Shown here: piece after piece, positions 9,805 through 19,972 of the stretch
Layout: each line of letters opens with the position of its first letter
Position numbering within the stretch: position 1 is the first letter of the stretch
NCBI GenBank assembly: GCA_016840165.1
Contig: JAEOSU010000100.1
Location: 1-43,578 of the forward strand
Direction of reading: 5' to 3'
From: Promethearchaeota archaeon
Lineage (GTDB): Archaea > Asgardarchaeota > Lokiarchaeia > Sigyniarchaeales > SOKP01
Length of the DNA: 43,578 nt
Program-made: the position numbers and the translations under genes
The notes under the pieces: model-generated
The model's input: the letters and a program-made list of their open reading frames with translations, nothing else
What the model was told of the DNA's origin: nothing
Databases searched by the model: none

Positions 9805-10818
9805 TTGGTGTTAAAAATGGCAAAATATATAATTGGAATCGACATTGGAGGCACATGGATTCGCGTAGCATTATGTACCGACGATTTAAATGATGCAAAT
9901 ATGATTTTTAAAGCGATAGAAACTCCAAAAGACACGGAATATTCAATATCAAATAGTTTAATTGTGATGATTACTGAGCTATTATATGATAACAAAATAA
10001 GAGAAGAGGAAATAGCTGGAATAGGGCTAGCTTCAGCTGGACCATTAGACATGAAAAAAGGAGAGATATTTAATAATGCTAATTTAGGATTTAAAGTCAT
10101 TCCCTTAAAAGCCCCTCTTGAAGAGAAATTTCCAAGAATTCCTATTTATTTAATTAATGATGGGAATGCTTCAGTATTGGGAGTCCATTATTTCGAAGCA
10201 GATGAAGAGGAAAAAGAGAATTTGGTTTATATCACAATGTCAACAGGAATAGGAGGAGGAGTTATTTGTGATGGTCGCCTTTTACTTGGAAAGGAAGGAA
10301 ATGCTGCAGAGATAGGACATGGTGTTGTAGATCCAAGTAGCATAATTCAGTGCAATTGTGGTGCTAATGGATGTTGGGAAGTGTATAGTTCAGGGACAGG
10401 AATTAAAAATAGAGCCTTAGAAAATATAAAAGAGACAAAATTAAGCTCTCGAATATTGATGATTATGATTGATAACGATATTGAAAAGATTAATGCGAAA
10501 TATATATTTCAGGCAGCTAAAGGCGGAGATAAGTTTTCAAAAAGTATCATCAATATGAGTATCTATTATTCAAAAATCGGAATTGGACTTATCAACAACT
10601 TCTATGATTGTTCGTCTATATATTTTGGCGGAGCAATTATGCATGATCATGAATTAATTATACCTGAATTGAAAAGGCAGTTTGAGACTGATCCAATTCA
10701 GTATACTATTAATCACCCTCCAAAAATCAAAGTCACCAAATACTTAGATGACATTGGGTTAAGAGGGGCATTAGTCTTGGTAAAGTATAAGTTAGAAGGA
10801 AATCCGGTTATTCCTTAA
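9805..10818 (+). CDS. ROK-family sugar kinase (glucokinase-like); start may be ATG 9817
   Basis: GIDIGGT, INDGNA, STGIGGG, EIGH, CNCGANGCWE zinc motif. Confidence 0.92.
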   Translation: MVLKMAKYIIGIDIGGTWIRVALCTDDLNDANMIFKAIETPKDTEYSISNSLIVMITELLYDNKIREEEIAGIGLASAGPLDMKKGEIFNNANLGFKVIPLKAPLEEKFPRIPIYLINDGNASVLGVHYFEADEEEKENLVYITMSTGIGGGVICDGRLLLGKEGNAAEIGHGVVDPSSIIQCNCGANGCWEVYSSGTGIKNRALENIKETKLSSRILMIMIDNDIEKINAKYIFQAAKGGDKFSKSIINMSIYYSKIGIGLINNFYDCSSIYFGGAIMHDHELIIPELKRQFETDPIQYTINHPPKIKVTKYLDDIGLRGALVLVKYKLEGNPVIP

Positions 10819-10838
10819 ATAAACTTTCAGGAATTAAT

Positions 10839-12278
10839 ATGATTCAGGATAATCTTATATTCACATTCAGCGGAATACGGGGAATCATAGATAAAGGATT
10901 AAATTTTGAGGTTGCAAAAAAGCTTGGGATTGCTTTTGGTGAATGGTTTCCATATTCTAAAAAACAGATTATTCTTGGTAAGGATACAAGACCCAGTAGT
11001 ACAATTTTAGAGAAAGGAATAACTGAAGGATTATTATTACATAATTTTGATATAATTAATGTAGGTATTTGTCCAACTCCTATAATCATCCATACGAAAA
11101 ATAGATTAAAAGTTCCCTCAGGAATCATAATTACAGGTTCCCACAATACTGAAGAATGGAATGGAGTCAAACTGATTGCCAAAAATTCTTTTTTAGGAGA
11201 CGAAGCTTTAATTAAAATTGCAAATATGTTGAAAACAATAGATCTCAGCTCCTATTCTGTGATTCATAACCAAATTCCATCAAAAATAACGAATCTGAAT
11301 CCTATTCAAGATTATTTACATATTTTATATCAAAATATTGATTATGAAAAAATTAAAAAGCAAAATAGGTTAAGAGTAGTAGTAGATACCGGAGCAGGAG
11401 CGGGTAAATATGTAACTCCGCAATTGCTCAAGGATTTAGGATGTGAGGTAAAGATCATCAATAATGACTTATATGTGAATCATAAATTTCCCAGAGCAAT
11501 TGAACCTGTTAAGAAAAATCTAACAGACCTAATTATGGAAGTTTGGCAAGGTAAGTATGATATTGGATTCGCCCACGATAGTGATGCGGACCGATTAGCA
11601 ATCATTGGAGAGAATGGTATTTGCTACCCAGAGGATGTAGGTTTAGCACTAATCACTGAACATTTTTTAAAAAATCATATTCAAGACTCTGATGAAGTTA
11701 TTTTTATCACTAATTTAGCATCATCTCTTATGTTTGAGGTCTTGGCTGAACGATATGGAGCAGAAATTGTTCGCACTCCGATTGGAGAGAAATTTTTAAT
11801 TGAAGAGATATCTATTTTGATGGGAAAGAAAAATACAAGCACAAAGAGCTGTGTCATACTTGGAGGGGAGGGATCTTGTGGTGGAGCAATTTTTCCGGAC
11901 TTTAATCTCACACGAGATGCTATATTTGCTGTTGCTAAGATTGTGGAAATTTTAATTGACACGAATCAAAAGATTTCCAAATTAGTAAAGCAATTGCCTA
12001 AGTATTATTCGTACAGAAGTTCCATCCCGATTAAAAATCAGGAAATTAACACTATTATTAAAGAGACAAAAAGACATCTTATTCAAGAAGGAGAAAAGGT
12101 TAACCAAATTAATAATGATCTTCGATTTGGAGAGGGAAAAGAATGGTTTGTGTTAATTCATCCTTCTAATACAGAGCCAATAATTAGAGTTATAAGCGAA
12201 GCGAGGATTGATTCTTCGGCCAGATTGTATTGTGAGGCTACAACAGAATTAATTAAGTTAGTGCTTTCTACATTATAA
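10839..12278 (+). CDS. Phosphohexomutase (phosphoglucosamine/phosphomannomutase family)
   Basis: SGIRG, ITGSHN phosphoserine loop, DSDADR metal loop, GGEGS, PSNTEPIIRVISE. Confidence 0.92.
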   Translation: MIQDNLIFTFSGIRGIIDKGLNFEVAKKLGIAFGEWFPYSKKQIILGKDTRPSSTILEKGITEGLLLHNFDIINVGICPTPIIIHTKNRLKVPSGIIITGSHNTEEWNGVKLIAKNSFLGDEALIKIANMLKTIDLSSYSVIHNQIPSKITNLNPIQDYLHILYQNIDYEKIKKQNRLRVVVDTGAGAGKYVTPQLLKDLGCEVKIINNDLYVNHKFPRAIEPVKKNLTDLIMEVWQGKYDIGFAHDSDADRLAIIGENGICYPEDVGLALITEHFLKNHIQDSDEVIFITNLASSLMFEVLAERYGAEIVRTPIGEKFLIEEISILMGKKNTSTKSCVILGGEGSCGGAIFPDFNLTRDAIFAVAKIVEILIDTNQKISKLVKQLPKYYSYRSSIPIKNQEINTIIKETKRHLIQEGEKVNQINNDLRFGEGKEWFVLIHPSNTEPIIRVISEARIDSSARLYCEATTELIKLVLSTL

Positions 12279-12432
12279 TTGGATTAAGAACTAATTCTTG
12301 TGAAGGTACTATAGATTTCCAATAGACTTTTCCCATTAGATTCCCATATTTTTAATTTTATTTCAAAATCAAACGCTATATTTATATATTAAAGTGTAAT
12401 ATAGAATTATATTAAACATAATCGTGTATGTA

Positions 12433-12524
12433 GTTATGGTATTAAAAAATAATGGATGGAGGTATTTTTGTTTGAATTATTCATCAGTCTATAGTCCATC
12501 TGCTATTCAATTAAATACCATAAC
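12433..12524 (+). promoter_or_regulatory. Long imperfect hairpin in the 5' region of the MFS gene, overlapping a GGAGGT ribosome-binding site
   Basis: GTTATGGTATT (12433-12443) pairs with AATACCATAAC (12514-12524); GATGGA (12455-12460) pairs with TCCATC (12495-12500). Confidence 0.5.
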
Positions 12525-12736
12525 CTCAATGTTAATTGGAGATATAGTAAACATTCCAATGACATTGATTCTATAGAAGAATTATTTCATTATTGCTTTA
12601 ACTTCTCTTTATACTCCATTGATATCTAATTGAACACTAATTTCTATCTCTAATTTTCTTTTATACCTTGAATTCATTGAATTCACTAATTCTAGGACAG
12701 ATTAATGTTTAAGAAATTAAAATTAGGAAAAAAAGT

Positions 12737-13990
12737 GTGAATATTATGTCAGAATTGAAGAATTACACTGGAGAGAGGCTTATTAAATCTCCAAAAGGAA
12801 AAGAAAAAAGAAAAACTCCCTGGAAATTAAACATTTTAAAATTGTATCTGTTTAATTTTTTTATGGGGTTTCATATGATCAGTGGAATTCTTTTACCATT
12901 TTTCCTCACTTGGGGTAAATTAACCTTTGTAGAAATTATGATTCTACAAAGTTTTTTTACGTTAATGATTTTGGTATTAGAAATTCCTTGTGGAGCTATA
13001 TCCGATTATATTAGTAGAAGATTATCGTTAATTTTAGGAGCATTATCAACTGCGTTAGCAGCATTAATCTATGGAAGTTTCTCTAATATCTTCATATTTA
13101 TGATTGGAGAGACATTATTTGCGCTTGGTCATTCATTGATATCCGGAACTGATACGGCATTTCTCTACGATACCTTAAAAAAAATGAAAAGAAACGATCA
13201 ACTTACTAAATTTGCAGCTCGAAATAGAAGCTTTATGTTACTAGGAATAGCTTTATCAGCACCCATAGGAAGTTTAATTGGAAGTGCCATTTCACTAAAC
13301 TTGGTAATGACATTGATGTTTATACCATTTATTATAGCAATGATTATCTCAATTAGCTTTAAAGAACCATTGATGGAAGAGGAAAATATGAAATCACCTA
13401 ATTACTTTCAGGTCATTAAAACTGGATTTAAAGAACTCAGAAATAATAAGATTCTTAGAATTTTAGCTTTTGATTTAGTAATTGTAGAATCATTGACATT
13501 TTTCTTAATATGGACCTATCAAGTGTATCTGGATAAATTATATTTTCCCTTAGAATTCTTTGGTCTTATATCCGCATCGATGACTATTACTCAAATCGTT
13601 TTCAATAACCTAATTAATTCATTCAAGAAGCAATTTAGAAATACACGTCGATTCTTACAAGTTTATACTATTATTCCAGGATTAGGATTTATCTTTATGG
13701 CATTGATCTATTTTACTCCGGTCAGTATTACTTTAATTCTGATAGTTATTGGGTTTGGATTTTCAAGAAGTCTGATATTTATACAGGGAATCAACAAGCA
13801 AATTGAATCAAATAACAGAGCAACTGTAATAAGTACAATAAATATGATTACTAGTCTGATTAGGACTGCGGTTTATCCATTGATTGGCACATTGGTGATG
13901 ATGAATCTTAACCTAACTTTTATAAGTTTAGGAGCGATAATACTGATAACAGGATTTTTTACAAGAGTAAAACATAAATATCTCAAATAA
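12737..13990 (+). CDS. Major facilitator superfamily transporter
   Basis: About 12 hydrophobic segments; EIPCGAISDYISRR (motif A variant); SGTDTAFLYD; RATVIS. Confidence 0.92.
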   Translation: MNIMSELKNYTGERLIKSPKGKEKRKTPWKLNILKLYLFNFFMGFHMISGILLPFFLTWGKLTFVEIMILQSFFTLMILVLEIPCGAISDYISRRLSLILGALSTALAALIYGSFSNIFIFMIGETLFALGHSLISGTDTAFLYDTLKKMKRNDQLTKFAARNRSFMLLGIALSAPIGSLIGSAISLNLVMTLMFIPFIIAMIISISFKEPLMEEENMKSPNYFQVIKTGFKELRNNKILRILAFDLVIVESLTFFLIWTYQVYLDKLYFPLEFFGLISASMTITQIVFNNLINSFKKQFRNTRRFLQVYTIIPGLGFIFMALIYFTPVSITLILIVIGFGFSRSLIFIQGINKQIESNNRATVISTINMITSLIRTAVYPLIGTLVMMNLNLTFISLGAIILITGFFTRVKHKYLK

Positions 13991-13998
13991 TCAAGAAT

Positions 13999-15852
13999 TT
14001 AATTATCTTTTTTTTTATTTAGTTTTTTTAAATCATTTATAATGGCTTCTGCTAATTTATTTCCAACAACTTGGGATAATTCTTCTGAAGTTGCTTTTTT
14101 AATATTATTTACACTACCAAAATGAGATAAAAGCTTATTTCTAGTAACAGGACCAATCCCTTTTATATCATCTAAAATAGAACCGGTGATTCTTTTTATT
14201 CTTTGCTTTTTATGAAGCCTTACAGCAAAACGGTGGGCTTCATCGCGTATATGCTGAAATAGCTCGAGTAACGGAGAATTCGTGGGAAGAACTATTGGTT
14301 CTTTTTGATTTGATATGAATATTTCTTCAAATCTTTTTGCTAACCCAATAATCGGTATTCCTTCAAGTCCTAAATCTTTTAAAACGGAGATTCCTGCATT
14401 GAGCTGTCCTTTACCTCCATCTACTAAAATTAAATCTGGAAGTGTGTAGTTTCTTTCCAAGAGCATCGAATAGCGTCTCCTAATAACTTCTTTCATCATT
14501 GCGATATCATCTGGAGTACTTTTAGACCGAATTTTAAAATGACGATAATATTTTTTATATGGCTTTCCCTCAAGAAAGTAAACCATCGAACCAGTAGCAT
14601 CTTTACCTTCAATATTAGAGATATCGAAACCTTCTATTATTCTTGGAGTATTAGAAAGGCTAAACAAAGCCTTCGCCTCTTCTAATGCTTTCATTATTTT
14701 TTGCTCTGACCTTTCTTTAATAATATTCATTTCAATTGCTTGATTCACCATTACTTTAGCATTTTTATTTGCGATTCTAAGTAATCCGGATTCTGCTTCT
14801 AAAGGAGTCCTTATTTGAATAAGAGGATTATCTTCATTTAGTATTTGTTTTATTATTTCAATTTCTTCAAATAATTCAGGTACAATGATTATATCTGGTA
14901 TCTTCTGCTTAAGGTTTTGATAAAATTGGGAAATTATTGAGGAAATTGTCTCATTTTTGATAAATATTTTTCCTTTTAAATCAATTGTAAATGAACTTCG
15001 GTTTAGGATCCTCCCTTCGCGTATATGAATTATTATTACTGCAAGAAATTGTTGATCTTTATCAGAATAATACCCGATAATATCTTTATTTTCTTTTAAT
15101 TCCAAAATAACATTTTGAGTAGAAGTGGAATGATCAATAGCTTGTAATTTGTCTCTCCAGAAAGCAGCCACCTCATAGTCTAAATCTATTGCAGCTTTCT
15201 TCATTTTTTCTTTTATATCTTGCCTTAACTGAGTGGTCTCGCCTTTTAAAAATAGTTCAATCTTTTGAATATTTTCTTTATAATCTTCTTTGCTAATTGC
15301 TCCAATACAAGGACCTGGACAAAGGTTTAACTGATAATATATACAAGGTCTTTTCTTTTGTTTAATTTTCTTTTTGCATGAACAATAGGGGAATAATTTT
15401 CTTAAATCTCGCAGGATTCTAATGATCTCTTTTTTATCAGTATAGGGTCCTAGAAATACGTTTTCCTTTGAATATTTTTCTGGTCCTCGAATTACTCGAA
15501 TACGAGGATATTCCTCAGAATAAAAAATAGCAACCCACGGATAAGTCTTAGAATCTCGCATAATTACGTTAAAGCGAGGTTGATGCTTTTTTATTTGTAT
15601 GTTTTCTAGGATTGAGGCTTCTTTTTCATTCTCTGTGACAATATACTCCAAATTTGCGATATTCTTAACGAGTTCATTGATTTTCTCCTCATAATATGGA
15701 TCTGTGTAGCTAGTTTTCAAGAAATACTGATTTACACGCTTTCGTAAATTCTTTGCTTTTCCAACATAGATGATTTTATTGTTTCTATCAAGAAATAAAT
15801 AAACTCCTGGTTCATTAGGTAAACTTTTTCTCTGAAGCTCTAAATCAGACAT
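13999..15852 (-). CDS. uvrC: Excinuclease ABC subunit C
   Basis: GIY-YIG LPNEPGVYLF..IYVGKAKNLRKRV; Cys cluster CIYYQLNLCPGPC; UVR domain; IEGFDISN, DGGKGQL, RDEAHRFA; C-terminal HhH. Confidence 0.97.
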   Translation of the reverse strand: MSDLELQRKSLPNEPGVYLFLDRNNKIIYVGKAKNLRKRVNQYFLKTSYTDPYYEEKINELVKNIANLEYIVTENEKEASILENIQIKKHQPRFNVIMRDSKTYPWVAIFYSEEYPRIRVIRGPEKYSKENVFLGPYTDKKEIIRILRDLRKLFPYCSCKKKIKQKKRPCIYYQLNLCPGPCIGAISKEDYKENIQKIELFLKGETTQLRQDIKEKMKKAAIDLDYEVAAFWRDKLQAIDHSTSTQNVILELKENKDIIGYYSDKDQQFLAVIIIHIREGRILNRSSFTIDLKGKIFIKNETISSIISQFYQNLKQKIPDIIIVPELFEEIEIIKQILNEDNPLIQIRTPLEAESGLLRIANKNAKVMVNQAIEMNIIKERSEQKIMKALEEAKALFSLSNTPRIIEGFDISNIEGKDATGSMVYFLEGKPYKKYYRHFKIRSKSTPDDIAMMKEVIRRRYSMLLERNYTLPDLILVDGGKGQLNAGISVLKDLGLEGIPIIGLAKRFEEIFISNQKEPIVLPTNSPLLELFQHIRDEAHRFAVRLHKKQRIKRITGSILDDIKGIGPVTRNKLLSHFGSVNNIKKATSEELSQVVGNKLAEAIINDLKKLNKKKDN

Positions 15853-16041
15853 TAGCTGTTTATATAAAGAATATAATGAGTTACTACATTTAATTTGTAA
15901 ATTTGATGTAATAATTTTGAAGTCTATATCAAATTTATTATGAAAGAGATAAATATTTAATTGTTATAATGATTAAACAATAGGGAATAAATAAATCGAA
16001 AGTATTAGAATAAATAATTGAATAATATTAAAAATTGAATT

Positions 16042-16215
16042 ATGAAAACAGTTAAACTTTGTCCTAAGTGCAAGCAAGCAAAGTTAAAACCCGCCATGAA
16101 TGTGAGCGGATGGCTTGCTCCAAACTTACTTGAATGTACTAATTGTAACTACATTGGTGCATTTTATATTGAGGTTGATGCTGATGAAGTGGATAATTTA
16201 GATGAAACGACTTAA
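16042..16215 (+). CDS. Small zinc-ribbon protein, 57 aa (below the ORF-track cutoff)
   Basis: Manual translation MKTVKLCPKCKQAKLKPAMNVSGWLAPNLLECTNCNYIGAFYIEVDADEVDNLDETT*; two CxxC pairs. Confidence 0.8.
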   Translation: MKTVKLCPKCKQAKLKPAMNVSGWLAPNLLECTNCNYIGAFYIEVDADEVDNLDETT

Positions 16216-16253
16216 TTCTTAATAATTCTAAAAATAAATATAAAATAACAATA

Positions 16254-17207
16254 GTGATTTATATGAAACAATTATTAAAAGATTCTACAAGAATAAAATC
16301 ATTAGAAATCCAAGGAGCTACAAATGTTGCTATAAGTGCTATCAATTTTTTATGTGAATATGCAGATCGTATTAGTAAAAATTTAAATATCGATGACATT
16401 TTTAAAGAACTCTATAAAGCGAGAGATATTTTATTCAATGCAAGGGAAACTGAACCCGCAATGAGAAATGGTCTTAATTTTATAATGAACCGACTAGAAA
16501 AACAAAAACAGGGATTGAATAAGGAGAGAATTTTTAAAATCATCTCTCAATGTAGAGATGAATATAAAAATATGGTAAAGAACTCTAAACAGAGAATAGC
16601 TGAAATAGGAGCGAGAAGATTTCCAGATTCAGGAAGTAAAAAGAAATTTGTCGTGATGACACATTGTCATTCCTCTGTCGTGAATGGAATCTTTTTAGAA
16701 GCCAAGAATCAAGGAAAAGATAATTTTAAAGTTGTAGCCACAGAAACTCAACCAATACTACAAGGAAGGAAGACAGTAAAAAAATTGCTCAAAAATGGGA
16801 TTGAAGTTATACACATCATAGACAGTGCTATGCGCTGGGCTGTAAATAACTTGGATGTTGATTTAATAATCATTGGCGCTGATTCATTAACCTCAGAAGG
16901 AACAATCATAAATAAAATCGGTTCTAGGTTATTAGCGCTAGTTGCTCATGAAGAACACGTGCCATTTTATGTAGCATCTCCTCTCTTAAAGTATAATCCA
17001 CAAACATCCTTTGGAATTCTTGAAAAAATTGAAATGAGGGACTCAAAAGAAATTTGGGAAAATGCTCCTGAAAATCTTCAAATTTTGAATCCAGCATTTG
17101 AGACAGTAAGTCGAAGATACATCGATGGATTGATAAGCGAAGCGGGGATCTTTGCTCCTAGTCATGTACATACGTATTTCACAAAATTATACCCTGATTT
17201 AATTTAA
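16254..17207 (+). CDS. Ribose-1,5-bisphosphate isomerase (eIF-2B alpha-like)
   Basis: IQGAT, RETEPAMRN, THCHSS catalytic Cys, IGADS, INKIGS, NPAFE; adjacent to RuBisCO. Confidence 0.88.
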   Translation: MIYMKQLLKDSTRIKSLEIQGATNVAISAINFLCEYADRISKNLNIDDIFKELYKARDILFNARETEPAMRNGLNFIMNRLEKQKQGLNKERIFKIISQCRDEYKNMVKNSKQRIAEIGARRFPDSGSKKKFVVMTHCHSSVVNGIFLEAKNQGKDNFKVVATETQPILQGRKTVKKLLKNGIEVIHIIDSAMRWAVNNLDVDLIIIGADSLTSEGTIINKIGSRLLALVAHEEHVPFYVASPLLKYNPQTSFGILEKIEMRDSKEIWENAPENLQILNPAFETVSRRYIDGLISEAGIFAPSHVHTYFTKLYPDLI

Positions 17208-17208
17208 A

Positions 17209-18486
17209 TTATTTGCTCCATTTTTCAATTGCTCTTTTGAGCTCGATGTGGTTATCAGCATACTCACTTAATTCAATATGATTTAAAGTGGCTTCTACTG
17301 CTTGATGTATAGCTTTTGCCCCTGAGAAAGTCCCATCTGGATGTCCATGACATCCACCCCCAAATTGAAAAACCATATCCGTTCCTAAGATTTCAATAAG
17401 TTGAGGGACGTGTAGTGGACTTAAACCTCCAGATGCAACCGGTAAAGTTGGTTTTAAATCTCCCCAATCTTGTTCTAACATAGTTTTATCATTACCCTTT
17501 ACATATGATTGGGTGATAACATTGTTAGTGTCAATTACTTCTTGTTTTGAGCCTTCCATTTTACCAATAACTGTACCCGTATGAAGCTGATCCATACCTA
17601 TAATCCGCATTAATTTCGCCAAAGCGAGCATTGTAATACCATGCTTCTTATTTCGGGTTAGAGCGGCATGCATTGCTCGATGTGCATGGATTATCATTTT
17701 TTTATCCTCTAAGTATTCTCGAATTTCTTGTAATGCAGAAAAACCAATAGTTAGAATATCAAGCATTACATATTCTCCCCCTAAATCATGAACGAAATCT
17801 GCTCTTTCTTTCATTATACTTAATTTTGCCGTAATGTTTGGCATATATATTTTCTTCTCCCCAGTGGCTCGTTCTGCTTTATCTCTCTCCCTTAATGTTT
17901 CAGTTACCCTTTTTTCAAAGTTATTAAAGGTCATACTAGTCAGGTTCTCATCATCTTTTACAATATCAAGCCCCCCCATCCAAGCTTGTTTACAAACTGC
18001 TGCGTGTTGTATCTCATTTAATCCTACCTTTGGTTTTACAATAGTCCCTAAAATTGGTCTATTATTTATACCTAATAGTTTCTTAATTCCACTTATCCCA
18101 AATTGTGGACCATTGTACTCTTTTAGGATACCTTGAGGAAAAGAGACGTCAATTAAGCGTAAATTATTCAAGACTTTCATCCCATAGATATTTCCTGCTA
18201 TTGCACTTAAAATCTGAGGCATATTTCCTGCTTCAAATAAATCCTCTGAATAAGCGATTTTAATAAGATTGTTTTTTGAATCAATATAAAATGTAGAAGG
18301 TTTAAGCCGTTCGGCTATATCTTCTGATAATGCTGCAATCTCCGTCCATGTACCTATTGAACTCTCTTTCGCGATTTCTTCACATGCCTGTTCCAAATCT
18401 TTACATTCTGGCGCTTTCTCAACATAATACATAACGATGAGATCCTTTTTAGTAGGTTTATATTCTAAATTTACATAATCGACCAT
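17209..18486 (-). CDS. rbcL: RuBisCO large subunit, archaeal form III
   Basis: ESSIGTW, GTIVKPKVGL, DIVKDDENL (carbamylated Lys), HAHRAMH, HTGTVIGKM, VASGG, QFGGG. Confidence 0.97.
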   Translation of the reverse strand: MVDYVNLEYKPTKKDLIVMYYVEKAPECKDLEQACEEIAKESSIGTWTEIAALSEDIAERLKPSTFYIDSKNNLIKIAYSEDLFEAGNMPQILSAIAGNIYGMKVLNNLRLIDVSFPQGILKEYNGPQFGISGIKKLLGINNRPILGTIVKPKVGLNEIQHAAVCKQAWMGGLDIVKDDENLTSMTFNNFEKRVTETLRERDKAERATGEKKIYMPNITAKLSIMKERADFVHDLGGEYVMLDILTIGFSALQEIREYLEDKKMIIHAHRAMHAALTRNKKHGITMLALAKLMRIIGMDQLHTGTVIGKMEGSKQEVIDTNNVITQSYVKGNDKTMLEQDWGDLKPTLPVASGGLSPLHVPQLIEILGTDMVFQFGGGCHGHPDGTFSGAKAIHQAVEATLNHIELSEYADNHIELKRAIEKWSK

Positions 18487-18626
18487 AATATTTGCCTAAT
18501 ACTAATTTATCGTTTAATCATAAAATAGAAAAGAAAACTATTAATTATTTACGATTTAAGGCTAAAGAATTAAAAAATCGGAAAAATTTTAAAATATTCT
18601 AGATTTTATTATTCAGTGAGTAATTA

Positions 18627-18941
18627 ATGAGCAAAGATGATACGAGAACTATTATATTAGACGTTAAAGATTTAATTAATTTTGGAAAAGAACAGTATGC
18701 TAACGATTTAACGAGATTTTTAGCTGAAATGTTACCTCAGATTGAAATCACCAGAAATGCAAATGAACTTGAAATAATTATGCCAAAAAAATTGTCAAAA
18801 AGGACTGTTAGATTACGAATTCGGAAATTTCTTCATCAAAATGGCCTATATGATGAATATCGTCCAATTGCGATTAACTCATCTGATAAGGATGGATATG
18901 TGGTCAAACAGAAAAAAAGTATTGAAATTACTTATTATTAG
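18627..18941 (+). CDS. rpl22e: Ribosomal protein eL22 (L22e)-like
   Basis: LSKRTVRLRIRKFLHQNGLYDEYRPIA...GY resembles the eL22 C-terminal half (SKRYLKYLTKKYLKK..LRDWLRVVA..Y). Confidence 0.75.
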   Translation: MSKDDTRTIILDVKDLINFGKEQYANDLTRFLAEMLPQIEITRNANELEIIMPKKLSKRTVRLRIRKFLHQNGLYDEYRPIAINSSDKDGYVVKQKKSIEITYY

Positions 18942-18985
18942 TTTAAAAGTAAAAATTATAAAATTTTTAGTTATTACTTCTTATT

Positions 18986-19948
18986 GTGTCAATTCAACAG
19001 ATATCAATTCAATCACTTGATGATTTATTTCGATGTGTCGCCTTATCCAGTTTATTAGAAATATCTGGATGGCCGAAACCAGGAAACGTACATCGAACAA
19101 CGAATTTCCTAAATACAAGATATGAGCACTTTATAGCGGGTGCCGTTGCAATTCAACCTAATATTTATAATTTTTGTAGGAGAATTTATCAAGTGAGACT
19201 GAAAAACAGTTCCTCATTTGCGTTTGTCAATTTAGGTCAATTATTTTATAACGCATCAAAATCGATGATGAATTGGCAACAAGGAGGTAATGTTATTCTT
19301 GGTCATATTTTAATATTAGGGCCTCTTGTCGCCGCAGCAACAATAAGTATTAAGGAGGAAAAAAAGTACTATATGGATTTTAAAAATTATTTGATGAAAA
19401 TTATAGAAGACGGAACAGTAGAGGATACAGTTCTACTCTACAAAGCAATTAAAAGCTGCAACCCTGGAGGTTTAGGGAAAATAGAAAGATATGATATCAC
19501 TGAAAAACAATCAGTTGATGAACTACAAAGGGATAAGATTACTCTGAAAGAAATTTTTGAGATATCGAAAGATTATGATTTAATTAGTAAGGAATATTCT
19601 TCGGGGTTTAATGTCACACTTGAGACAGGTTTACCATATTTCAATAAGACATTTAACAACTATCATGATATTAATATAGCCATCGTTAACACCTATTTAA
19701 AATTGCTCTCGGAATATGAGGATACCTTAATAATTCGAAAATCAGGAAAGCTTGCAGCATTAAAAGTGAAAAATGCAGCGAAAGAGATAATTTTAAATGA
19801 AGGCATCGCAACTGAGAAGGGTTTAAAAATGGTGAGGCAATTTGATATAGATCTGCAAAAAGCTAATGGAAAATTAAATCCAGGAACGACAGCAGATATT
19901 TTAACAGGAGTTATTTTTTGTGCCCTAATATTTGGATTAAAATTTTAA
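18986..19948 (+). CDS. citG: CitG-family protein (triphosphoribosyl-dephospho-CoA synthase-like)
   Basis: LLEI..PKPGNVHR, GGNVILG, DTLIIRKSG, LNPGTTAD. Confidence 0.85.
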   Translation: MSIQQISIQSLDDLFRCVALSSLLEISGWPKPGNVHRTTNFLNTRYEHFIAGAVAIQPNIYNFCRRIYQVRLKNSSSFAFVNLGQLFYNASKSMMNWQQGGNVILGHILILGPLVAAATISIKEEKKYYMDFKNYLMKIIEDGTVEDTVLLYKAIKSCNPGGLGKIERYDITEKQSVDELQRDKITLKEIFEISKDYDLISKEYSSGFNVTLETGLPYFNKTFNNYHDINIAIVNTYLKLLSEYEDTLIIRKSGKLAALKVKNAAKEIILNEGIATEKGLKMVRQFDIDLQKANGKLNPGTTADILTGVIFCALIFGLKF

Positions 19949-19972
19949 AGGCAATAATTAAGAGAAGTAATT

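Noticed and set aside
16254-17207. True translation factor eIF-2B subunit or MtnA
   Set aside because: The motif pattern (IQGAT, RETEP, THCHSS) and adjacency to form III RuBisCO fit ribose-1,5-bisphosphate isomerase better.
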